A stretch of DNA of 63,998 bases, counting the filler, from Welwitschia mirabilis (taxonomy: Eukaryota): the NCBI GenBank assembly GCA_051453625.1. It is 3 parts of one record of this genome, joined end to end, with 100 filler letters (N's around TTAATTAATTAA, not from the genome) between each part and the next. Parts side by side here need not be neighbours in the genome. Positions count along the whole stretch, not along the records: positions 1 to 31,247 come from JBOZIK010000001.1; 2 more parts are not named here. One strand, 5' to 3'. Shown piece by piece: positions 11,361 through 23,316 of this stretch. Numbering within the stretch: the first letter of the stretch is position 1; each line of letters starts with the position of its first letter. The notes under the pieces were generated by a model. It did not search any database, had not been told where the DNA came from, and saw nothing but the letters and a program-made list of their open reading frames with translations. Made by a program: the position numbers and the translations under genes.

Positions 11361-11976
11361 GTCATTGTTTTTTATATTTCTTTCTTTCTTTCTTTCTTTT
11401 TTTTTAAGAAGTTAATTCATGAGCACCACAACTTGAATACATAGCCTCATTCCTCTCTAGTAATCTTTGCTCCTTTTTTTTTGGGGTTTTTTTTTAAGAA
11501 TTTAGGTCATGAAAGGTTATTTTTTCTTTTCTTTTTGCTTTTGTTTTCCCTTCTTTTTGTAAATAAGAAGTTAATTTATAGGAATCTACGTCGCACTCAT
11601 CAATCTCACTAGTTTGCTACGCTACGTGAAAACCCATGGACAATATTTGTCGACCGAGGAGGAGCAAGCTACCAAATGTCTAGAGTCACCCTCATTGCAT
11701 TGTGCCTTGAAATTATAGGTGGAACCATAAGGGAATTTGCACATAGGTTTTTCCAAGGCTTTAAAGACGGTACAACTACAACAAAAACAAATTCCTATTA
11801 ACACACAATACATCATCACAACTAGATGTAAACTTGGTATAAACTGTTTGAAAGTGGATCAAACTTAGACTATAGCTTTAATTACTAATGTATTTATTGC
11901 AAACGAGGCGATTACCAATGGGAACCATAACAGTAGCAGTTAGTACTGCGAAGGTCAAAGATTTGATCCACATTCG

Positions 11977-11985
11977 TTAGGGTTT
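11977..11985 (-). promoter_or_regulatory. Telo-box (AAACCCTAA) upstream of eIF5A
   Basis: TTAGGGTTT on +; telo-boxes are typical of plant translation-machinery promoters. Confidence 0.65.
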
Positions 11986-12100
11986 TAAACTCCTCTGCGA
12001 CCAAATCTGCTCTTCCCCGCGATTAGGATTTGGGAAGAAGAGAAAGATAAAGAAGATCCCTGTCCTTTAACAAATGAAATAAGCCACAAGCTCTGCTAAA

Positions 12101-12109
12101 TTAGGGTTT
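12101..12109 (-). promoter_or_regulatory. Second telo-box in the eIF5A promoter/5' leader
   Basis: TTAGGGTTT about 50 bp before the ATG, followed by a pyrimidine tract. Confidence 0.7.
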
Positions 12110-12160
12110 CGTGCGGATCTTGTTTTCTTTTTGTCCTTTTTTGCGTTTTTGCCTGTAAAG

Positions 12161-15100
12161 ATGTCAGACGAGGAGCACCATTTCGAGTCGAAGGCGGATG
12201 CAGGAGCATCGAAGACTTACCCTCAACAAGCGGGAACAATCCGTAAGAATGCTTATATCGTTATCAAAGGCAGACCTTGTAAGGTATGTTCCATGTTTTC
12301 CTTTAATTTTGTCTGGATTCTAATTTCCGGTTTTGAAAATCATGTCTTTTTTTTTTTTTTTTTGCACCGAAAGAACATTTATCAGTGTGTCCGTTATCTG
12401 ATGTGGTCTTTCTTTGTTTCTTTTCATTTCTTCAATCCAGTTATTTGATGACATGCTAAGAGTTTAGGTTCAATCTTTTTGGCCCAGAATTCTCTATTTG
12501 TTGTGCTTGAGCAATTTTTACTATAGACACCTTTTCTAACATTAGAAACAAGAGTATGGAGAAGATCGCCGTTAGATCCTATTTCTGTAGACTTGCCCCC
12601 ATATTGGAGGCAATTCTGTGCCTCCATTCAAATCGCCTCCTCATCCTGACACATTGAAGAAACCTGTATAGAAAGATTTATGGTCTTTTTCAATCGTTTT
12701 TTTATTGCTAATTCCTTTTTTGTCTAGGCATTTTTATCTTCGTAATTTCGTTTTAGTCTAGCCTTTTTTATGTCCAGTATTTGAGACGCAGAGATTTTGG
12801 TTAATGATGCAGTCTCTCATATTGTTTTGTCTTGAAATAGTGCCCAATTTTGCCATTTTTAGATCCTTTATGTTGTGAACAGAACGTGAAAGTCTTCCGG
12901 GTCACAACTAATAGGTTATAGCTTTTCTCAGATTAAATATGTAGAGTTTAACTTTATGCAATAAAAAGGGGGTTACTAGTTCCCAGACCTTTTTTTTTGT
13001 TTTAAAGTCTTCCTGACCTTTTATTTTTCCCTGACTTTTCGCCAAAAAGTCTCTTGAAGAAGCTTTTAACTTTGAATTTTTTTTCTATTTATTGTGAAAT
13101 GTAAATCTAGTTGATCTGGTATTTAGTACTTTATATGAGAAAAATTAAATTATAAATGTTATGGATTTGTAGTATGTTTCATGTTGACTAATTTGTTGAT
13201 TTTTTTGATTTATTAAAAATTTTTGATGTGACATGGTTTTCAAGGTGATTGCAAAACTTATATTACATAAAAAATATGGTATCTTTTAACGAAAAGAAAC
13301 AACATTCATTGTTTCACTTGGCATAAGATTCTCATTTAAGAAATGAATTTATCCACAATTTTTAGAGTTAATTGAAGTCTATATAGTAGTTAATGAAAAG
13401 AAGACCCAAAACTAATTGAAGCTGCATTGTGACCAAAAAAAATAAAAAGTAAAATATAAAAATCCCAGATCTATGTTAGAGATGCAAATTAGAAATGTTT
13501 TACTTTTTATCTAAAAATTAACTGTTTATGTTATTGTTGTAGTTTGATTAACATAATTTAATTTTTTATAGATTATTGTACTCTGATTTTTATGTCTTAA
13601 TGAAATACTGAATCAAATTAAAGTTTTTAAAGAAAGTGCTTTTTTATTTATCTTATGTTTCTATTATTGTTTTTTAACAATTTTGTAATGTTGGAAAAAT
13701 GACCACAAAAATGTTTTTCACATCTTTTAATTATATTGTACTAGTGTTTAATGCATTCTAAACTTCTAATGATGCTTATAGTTGTTAAAGTTATGTCAGA
13801 TTTGAAACACATGTTTTCTCGTTTTATATTGTTGTCAACATTTTTTGCCTACTTTTCACTGGCGAGTAAACTTGCCAACACGACTTTATTTTTGAGGTTG
13901 CCGACTTTTTAGTTTTGTCAACTTTTTAAATACTGCGTCTGTGTTATAGCCTTTGGTCCTGTTCTGTTACTACATGTTCTTAGCCTTTTATCTATACTGT
14001 CAACAAATAGAATGTTCTCCATTCTTTGACAACTAGGAAAGAAAACTAAAATTTTTTGAGAAATCATTGTTTTAAAACATCAAAATAACAGAGCAAATTT
14101 GTTTTGTTATCTTTTGATCCATCGCTGTTCTTTCCCCCTTTTAAATTTTTTGTGACAGCTGATCTTTTGTTTCATGTTCAACACAGAAACATTTACCATT
14201 GATAATGTTTTTTTCATTCAGCTTGGAATAATATGTTTATTTTTCTATGCAACTGGAAGTATGCTTTATATCTAAACTTTACATTGTTGTGAGCAGAAAC
14301 AGAGCTTGTTTGCAGAATGACTTTTGAAACTTTATTTTTCACCTTTGATAAAGGAGTTTGATTTTTAGATTTGAAAATTTTGCATTAGTTCCAAGTCTTT
14401 TAAAAATCCATGGTATGTTAAGCATCTCATCAGCCATAATCGTCAATACCAGGTGGTTGAGGTCTCCACTTCTAAGACTGGAAAGCATGGCCATGCCAAG
14501 TGTCATTTTGTAGGAATAGATATCTTCAGTGGTAAAAAGCTTGAAGATATTGTACCATCGTCTCACAACTGTGATGTAAGTCCTGTTTCTCATATTTTGC
14601 AGTTTCCATAGCCCCATTCATTTTTATCTTTGTTGTTGATAATGTTTCTATTTGAACCTCATTACTTTCTTTTTCTAATTATATAGTCATCACATTTATC
14701 ATGTAGGTGCCCCATGTTACACGAACTGATTATCAACTGATTGACATTTCTGAAGATGGATTTGTAAGTACTCTTGCATTTTGTTCCATCACCATATTAA
14801 CTTTCTTTTCTGTAAAAATATGTTGAGATGTGCTATTTTTTATCTGCCAATTTCGAATTCACTATTGCGTTAGCATCCATTTGTAGAGACTCTGTAAACT
14901 TTTAAACTAATTTTGGAGACAGTTTGCCTGCCTCACATGGTGTGTTCTAAATTGTTTAATAGACCTGTAATTTGATATTGATATCAGTTTCCTATGATTC
15001 TAGTGTCCCTTTCTATTTCTTTTTCAGCAATTTCAAGGTTCTTGTATGACCTGTTTAATACCATTTTGTGTTGGTTACAACACCTACAGAGTAAACTATA

Positions 15101-15611
15101 TTAGTCAGTACACTGTCTATCCATTTCATTTTAGGGAACACGTTTGAGTTCTCCTAAAAGATTGTTAGGAAGTATTTGGCTTTATTCTAGTGAGTGCATT
15201 GTAAATTGTCAAAAGCATCTCAAATTACCTACAATCCAACATGTGTGTTGTAAGGCATACCGTAGTCTCCCTTTTCTTTTTCCCGTCTTCTGGTTAACAG
15301 CTTGCAGGCTTGATATTCTTGATGTTTTTATGTGATTTGCTGTCGTTGAATTGATAGGTTAGTCTGTTGACTGAGTCTGGTGGTACCAAGGACGACCTTA
15401 GGCTTCCAACAGACGAACAACTTCTTTCCCAGGTACTAAACAGAACGTTGGTAAATAATTTGCATGTGCGACTTAGGAAATGGTTAATTATATCTCGTTC
15501 TATGTACAGATCAAAAATGGCTTTGAGGAGGGAAAGGATCTAGTTGTGACTGTGATGTCTTCAATGGGTGAGGAACAGATCTGTGCTCTGAAAGATATTG
15601 GACCAAAATAG
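12161..15611 (+). CDS. eIF5A: Eukaryotic translation factor 5A, 159 aa; join(12161..12283,14453..14575,14707..14763,15358..15432,15510..15611)
   Basis: Five phase-0 exons with GT-AG introns give [159 protein letters not shown]; hypusine motif [12 protein letters not shown] intact (Lys52, 14483-14485). Confidence 0.98.
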
Positions 15612-18600
15612 ATTTGATAATAGCCAATTAATTGGTGAAAAACTGAATCTTTTTGGTTCGAAAGTGTGGGAATACCTTACGTGTCAGGACTTTCAGTTAT
15701 TGAAGAGTTTTTTAAGTATTTTGCTTCCTGAAGATTTGGTTTCTTTATATTTCTTTTTTATGGTATTCAGGTGTGTGGCCATCATTGATAGTGATGTTAT
15801 TAACCTCTTGGAATTTGAATTCTTTAATATATTTTTAAAATGAACTAGGATTATGAAAGACCATAATGTTCGTTTGTTGTAGCAGAGAATGTTTTAGGTT
15901 GTATAGCCATATATGTAAAATTTGTTACCATATTGCAATCGTGTTGTCAGAAATAACAATTTAAATATATTGTATTAGACTCTATCGAGATTATGCATCA
16001 AGTATTCCTTTGGTTTTTTTTTAATATGAAATTTCATCAAAAAATCTTTTCATGTCGTTTTGAAAATTGCTACATACAATGGTGAATCACTGAGTAATAT
16101 AGCCTAAAGCAGGGAGGGGGATGTTAGTAAACATTGGGAAATATAAGATGTATCTCTATAACTGAGGTATTAAGATAGAGCGGAGATTAGTGATTGCAAA
16201 TGTTGCTGAACATCTGTTTGGTTCATGACATTCTGTGCCTATAAGTTTTAGGACGGTGCTAGGAGGGTGGTAGACATGTTATTGATTTCGCCAGACAGTA
16301 GAGAATTTTTCATATGTGAAATGTTGTCTCTACCTTTATTTACGTTTATTTGTTAGGCATCTTTAATTTCAGGTTTACTCTGTCAACTTTGAACAATTTT
16401 AACATTTTGGTATTGTTTTTTTGGCATTTTCTTTGGTGTTTACAGTTTTCAAGCATTTGATATGAAATTCTTTGATCATCATACTCATAATTCCTGTCAA
16501 TATGCCTAAAATTATCATGAGTGATTTGTAAAATGGTTTTCGTCAAGCATCTATCCACTTTATTTATTTATTTAATTCTATTTTTGTATATGGATGCCAA
16601 GACATGCTTGCTTCTAATGAATGAAGGCTGTAAAGGACCTTCATGCCCAATGTCAAATTGGAATAATTTTTCTTTCTGAATTATGCATGAACGTTCTGCC
16701 CTATAGAGGGGTCTCTGCGTTTAATAATAAAAATTAGATAAAGCATCATCCTTACAATTCTATTATGCAATTTCTGCTTGAATTGCAATTAGACATTTTA
16801 TAGGTTGATTAGCCCATGAATGCATACATACTTGACATTGAATGTAGGTATCTTCTGTGATTTGCAAAGTGAGAGCATGTATTATTCAAACTAAGTCTTT
16901 ATGTATATTTATATTAATTTTGCTGTTACCTTTGAGATATGTAGTCGGTTATGGGAAGTGAAAAAGTTGAATGGTCAATATTTGTCTGTTAGATAATAGA
17001 CTTATCACATTGTGATAACTTCCCAAAGTTGACAAAGCTACCTATGACGAATCAACTAAATTAGTACCTAGTTTTTAAAGATCATTTCTAATTAAAAAAT
17101 TAAAAATATAAGACATGACTTTTGCCTTGTCTGGGTGGCTTGTGATTTTTATATCTTAAATAACTAGTGAAAATATCCAATTATATACGTGACATTGGCT
17201 GCCAAAAAAAAAGTTGGTTGGTTTATATAAGAAATATTTCTAATGTTAGTTGGTCTTTCTTTTGTTTCTTTATACCCTACCCATTGTAAAGTTCTAAAAT
17301 CTTTCGTGTATCCTTTTCTTGGAATTATTATCTTTTTGCCTTGATCTTCTGTTTCACCTGGTGTTGTGAGCTTTGCTGGACTATTCTCTTTTTTCGATGT
17401 TTGCTCTATGTTCTCATGTGTTTGAGGGATATGACAAAAGGTATGGACAAAAGCAGGTTAAGTGGGAAATTATAGCTAGACGTAAGGCATGAAAGCTAAG
17501 GGAGTTCATAGAAGTAGTAGATTAATATAATTAACTAAGATAGAAATACTCAAGTTGTAAAAAGGAACTTTGTCCTTTAGCAATATCTATGCAAAGTTAT
17601 GTAATGGTCATATGTCCTTTCCAAAGTATGGCTACCATTATTGCTCAAACAAAGATTTAATTATATTTAAAGCCTTGTAATAATTTCAGTAAGACACTTG
17701 AAGATTTAAAACCAGAATTTTTAAAAGAGATTTTAAGGGTTTGACCAATTGCCACACCATTTGTAACATCTATAAAAAGTCAAACAAGCAAAAAAGATGG
17801 GTTATCAATGCTAGTAATATTGATATGTTAAAAACTAGTTAAAAATTAGAAAAAGTAGATCTTAGGCATTGGAAAATGCCTATTCTAAGGACATTGGAAG
17901 TGATTAATTGGTACCTTACAATAAATGTGGGTGTTTTCTAAAGATGTCTCATCTCAAAAAGAGAAATGCATAGCAACTCGTTTAGTGATTATACCAATTT
18001 TAAGAAGTATAGCTAACACCGTTGTTTAAATCAATGATTTAATTATTTTTAAGGCTTTATTGTTTGCTACGTATGACATTTAAAAGTTGAATCTATAAAT
18101 TTCTAAATGGAAAATAAGTGTGTTAGTAGGTGGACTATGACTACCCCATTGGCCATATCTATATAAAGTCAAAACAAATTTGAAATAAATAAGGTGTGTT
18201 ATTAATGCTACTAATAAGATATCTTTATAATTAGATACAAAAGTATTAAAAGATTCAATATTGGAATGGTCATCGTAAGGCAAATGGAAGTGGGTGTTGT
18301 TGCATTACAAAAAGGCCATTCATATTAGAAATGCATTAATTAAAAAGGATGTAAAAGCAACATGCCTTATCTAACAAAATGAGACAAGCTTTGCACATCA
18401 TATGTTATTAATATTTAAAATATGGAATAATGATATTGAAATGTAATGATCTAAATGACATCCTAAAAGATACTATAACTTGACATATTTTGAATATATG
18501 AGACATAGGTGCCTTTCAACATGTTATCTTATGTAGTACTATGGTACAAGAATGACCCATGTGAACATATCTACATTAGCCTCCATGTGTATCAATGCCC

Positions 18601-18999
18601 ACTAGTTGTTACAATTCCATTCGCTAAGTAAATTGAGTAATATTTAGAATCATTAACCTAATATGTAGGAAATATAGGGCAAATTATTTGTTTTGAGAAA
18701 TGAAATGGTACATTAATAGGATATACTAATCTCAAATAAGTATTATTATTATTATTTTTTTCAAAACAAGGTTAATACATGAGAAACCATGCTAGACTAG
18801 CTAGTGGCACTCATTTGTTTGACTAGGTTAAAACCTATAGAGGGCCCTTGCTGGCTTGGGGTTTGGCCACTAAATGTCCATTTTTTGCTTATGATTGATA
18901 TCTAGGATGTTAAAGCTCATGCCTTTGTGTGCCTTAAATACATGGATATTAACATATGCCAAAACTTTCCTTGTGATATAGAATCAACAAACCTACATC

Positions 19000-20600
19000 T
19001 AATTGTAAAGAAGGAAGAGGAGGTCTATGATGTTGTAGCAGAAGAAAACTCGTGGAGGTAAGAAAAGAACCTGGTTGGTGCTCTATAGATTGGTAAGGCA
19101 TCCTACTTGTTGGAGTTTGTCATTTAATTATTTATGGAATGTAAAACCGGAGTTCAAAAACGAAAATGGAGCTCAAAAACATAGATGTAGAGTTCCAAGA
19201 GCTAGAGATTTAATTAGGTCAAATTCCAAAGTAGAAGATAGACTCATGTCATCAGTAGTGTTATATTCATGTGATACAATTAAATGTTATAGGAAATATA
19301 GAGGTGATGCTATTATGAGTAAAGGACTTTATGTCTTAGTATCCCACTGGGGCTTTAGTGAAGTTATGAGTGTGTTCAATGATATTTTAATAAAGGTTTG
19401 ATGGATGCTACATATTTATACCCATGAAATGTAAGTATGTTGTTAAGGTATGAGTTAAAGCACTCCAGAACTTCTTTGGTAGGTGGGGCAAAAATAATAT
19501 ATAAACGTTTTACCATGTATAGAAACGCTTCAAGTTGAAAGGAATTTATTCACTTCTTATGAAAGCCATGCTTTCTAGTTGATTTGTGAACATTTCTCAT
19601 TTCTTCGTATGATGTTTATAAATAGGTTACAAAAACCGTACATCTCTCTCTTACATTGAGCCGACCTATGTGAGTGAAAATCCAACATCGCCTTAAGATA
19701 CACAGGGAGCCGACATATGTATACGTGGTGTTGGATCTTATTCAAAGACCCTTGGCCACATGCTTGCCAACCCACTCAACCCCCTATGTATCAAACTAAA
19801 CTCCTCTCCATGCGCTAATGCATGGTTGTCGTTTACCATTGGTTTCATGGTAGCTAGTCCCATCAACTAAGCCCACGTAGCGGTCCAAACCAAAAGGAAA
19901 TGAGTGAACAGTAGCTGTGGTCAGCGTATGTGACAGGGAAGAGTAGGGAAGTCAGTATGTGGGCAGCTAGAAGCTACTATTGGTTGACAATATATACCCA
20001 TTTCACTAACTCGTTGGCTTGTGGTTGGTTGATAACACTCGCACACAGCCTGTTAGCTGTTATAGCAGTACCACAACCTGGTAACCTAAACATTTAGCCA
20101 ACCCATGGACTGGGTCAATCCATGCATATCATAAGTTAGCGTTAGTCCGTCAACCGAAGTGGTTTAGCTTGACATGTAGCTAGTAGAAATGCACCATGCT
20201 CCGGTGTAAGGGGTCATACGAGCGGTTGGTGCCAATGTGGCTGCCCTAGGTAGATACAAATATAGAAAAAGGAGTCAGGGGAGGTAGTGTGGCACGACCC
20301 CTACACGGTTGTATCAGCTGCAGCTTCGCCTATTGGGATTGTATTAGTTGTGTAGTTAGTTACACGTTATGTAGTTGTACAAACTAGCATATACCACCCA
20401 TCCACAGAACAAAGGGGATTGATGTTGTTAACCCCCTGTACCAGTTGCATACAACCATTGTATGTAGTTTACGATGGGCCGCGTAAGTAGCACGGTAGGG
20501 TTGGGCTTGCTAGGCTAAATGACACCTAAAGGGATTTTATTCTAGACCTTTAAGCCTTATTTTCACCTTTTTATGCCATTAAGAAGATTCCAGATGACTT
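19000..20600. mobile_element. Probable non-coding LTR-retrotransposon remnant with GC-richer sub-repeats
   Basis: Locally higher GC with recurring degenerate motifs (TAGTCCRTCAAC, GTTGTA/TACAACC); no protein homology recognised. Confidence 0.35.
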
Positions 20601-21925
20601 GTTGGATTTGGTTTAGAGCTTCATACACCTGCCCTTTTACCTATCTTTTCCCTTCTCCTTCCCCTTCTAGCTACTTCATTTGAATCGAAAAAACAATTTT
20701 GTTCCTTACTGTTTTTATGTGGGACTCTCTTCATTCTCACTTCTTTCTTTTTGATGCTTCTCATCTTGATTCTTACATGGCATTCTTTGTGTCTCCCATA
20801 ATACCTCTTTTTTGCCTTAATTTACCTTCTTATTAAGGCCCTTTCTTACTCCTCCTCCTTTTAAGTTTATTACCATTAAGTATCTTACTTGAAACAAAGT
20901 CTGATATTAAGAAAAGAATGTTAAGAATTATTGGTTAACAGCATGGATATTCTTGTTGCTTGTCCACTCTTCATTATAGTGATTCCACATGCAGCCTCCA
21001 CTACCAAAGTAGTTGTTGTTCCAACCTTGCTTACTAATTCTTCCGCTATAGTTAGGTTTGGCTCTTGTAGTGCTAGTTTTTATGCTACACCACTACCACA
21101 CATACTGCTTATTAAGATGTACTAAGATCTTAGCCAACTTTTCAAAATTCATGTTCATGTTCTTCAAATTTCCATCAACCAATAGTGTTCTAACAACCTT
21201 GTTATAAGTTGATAGCACTTGATAATTTTAATCAACAATTTCTTAAAATGCACTACTTTTTATAGCCCTTGTTAAGAATGTTTTTGCTAACTCAAATCTT
21301 ATTGACTATTTTTAATGCATTGTTTCTTTACATGTAGATGGTATTCATCTTATTTAAAAGATAGATAAACTCCATGTTTGATTTTGTGGTAAGTATTTTC
21401 TTGAATGTTTCCATAATCTTATATGTGGATGTAAATATGCATATAATCTATGAGGATGTTCACTTGTGAATAAAAGACTTGAAGATTACAAAATCCTTTA
21501 ATCATCTTCCATTTTACAATGGCCTTATCACTTAAATACTAGGATGAATCTACCCTACCATGTGCCCAAATTCAACTTACCATCTGAGATGACACTACAA
21601 TTTATCCTAAAATTGATTAACATTTATAGTGTTCACTATATTATTGTTGTTAATAGTCAATAACTCAGATCCATTTGAATTTGTCCTTTTGTATGTTTAG
21701 AATTTGTGAACATTATTGAAAAGTCTCTCCTCTAAAGTAGAATAAGTATCATAAGACCTAAATTGTTTCACATTCACCCTTTTTAAGTTTATAGACCTTA
21801 TGCATTCATCAAAGATCAATTCAAAATTCACACTATTTGAACAACTAAGATGTTTAATATGAAAAAATGCTAACTAAAATAGAAAAGAGTAATTTTAAAA
21901 AAAATCACATACATCAAATGTCAAA

Positions 21926-21989
21926 ACTTGTTGGGAAGTCACCCATCCTAATATTGCTCTAAGAAAATGTGCTTAACTCTAGAGTTTTG
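21926..21989 (-). other. 5S rRNA-derived segment (Cassandra-like LTR remnant or 5S pseudogene)
   Basis: Minus strand CAAAACTCTAGAGTTAAGCAC...AGAGCAATATTAGGATGGGTGACTTCC aligns with the plant 5S core CAGAACTCCGCAGTTAAGCGT...AGAGTAGTACTAGGATGGGTGACCTCC; 5S ends absent. Confidence 0.75.
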
Positions 21990-23239
21990 GACTTTTTGAT
22001 ACAATGACTTCAAGCGAAATGTGTAAGCACATATAATGGAACTAACTTGAGGGATCCTTCTGCTTCTCCTTCTTTTAGTTTTTTATTTCTAGAGATCCAT
22101 GATCTTTAGCATTATTAGGAAATCATAAAAACTTTCTTTAAAAACTAAACAAATTCCTTACTATGAAATCTTTCAGTTTTGGCCTCTTACCTTTTCTAGG
22201 TACTTAATCTCTTTTTGTATGTCCAACCATTTTTAGGGCATCCAACCTATACTTTGAATGTCCAAATTTAATGAGCACCATAATTTAAATTACTCTTGTT
22301 AAGTGCTAATTTTTTAAGTTTTACATTTAATCACCTAAAAGGTGTAGTAAAACCTAGGATTAACTTCTACTTATAACTTATCCTGAGATGATCTAAAATC
22401 TATATTCTAGAAAAATAAGCATAACTAGATAACGTAATTATTTTTAATCGAATTAATCATAGATGACTTTGGTTTGCAAACAATGGCAATGTTAGACTTT
22501 TGTGTCCTATATTTCTTTCTAGTTTTAACCTCATAAAGGTATGTTGTATATGGTTGATAAGACGTAAATTCGTTATAATACATACATGGATATAAGTTTA
22601 GGGTAAATCTTAACCAATATAATAGAATGTCACAACTCTCATTAATAGTGTTCAAACTTAATATATGGTCATCGTCCACATATGAATTGGTTCTATTTCT
22701 AAATTATAATAACATTACTCAGCTCAACTTTGTATGCTTTGACATCGCCTCAATCTACCACTAAAAAGGCAATAGATAATACGTGAGGTGCATGCATGCT
22801 TCTAGATAATCATTTAGCGATACAAATGCGAGATATTAAGTTAAAGCAAGTTCATACATGGGTAGAACAAGAAAGTATTAATGAAATCCATTTTTAAAAG
22901 GGTTTTATATATAAAAATGCAATGCAATCCCTCTTGGTGATGAAATCCAAGTATGGAAATGATGAATATTAGGATTATCTTGAGTTAGTTATCATTTAGT
23001 GAATACACCACATGCAAATGTGTCCATATAATTCTAGAAATAAGCAAGTTACTAGAAATAACTTCTTTTTTAGTGGTAAGTGATAAGCATTAAGCTACTT
23101 GAAATTTTTAAGTGATTAAAGAATCTTGGAAAATCTTATAAAATTCTAAACAATGTAGACTAAGTATTCACTTTAAAAAAATTAATAATTTTATAAATTT
23201 ATATTTTTAGAGGGTAGGTGCTTGAATCCATGCAAATTA

Positions 23240-23316
23240 TATGCCCCTACCAATGTAGAGGTTTGAACTTCGAACCTCCTGTTTAGTATATTTAAGACGT
23301 CACCATTAAGGCAATC
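23240..23316 (-). mobile_element. Possible tRNA-derived SINE remnant
   Basis: Minus strand A-box-like TTGCCTTAATGG and B-box-like GTTCAAACC about 34 nt apart. Confidence 0.4.

Noticed and set aside
12131-12448. 105-aa ORF containing the eIF5A N-terminus
   Set aside because: Starts at a TTG and reads into intron 1; the true exon is 12161-12283.
14339-14617. 92-aa minus-strand ORF
   Set aside because: Antisense shadow of eIF5A exon 2.
17700-18600. Possible MuDR transposase remnant (MPILRTLEVI)
   Set aside because: Only isolated weak motifs; cannot be supported without a profile search.
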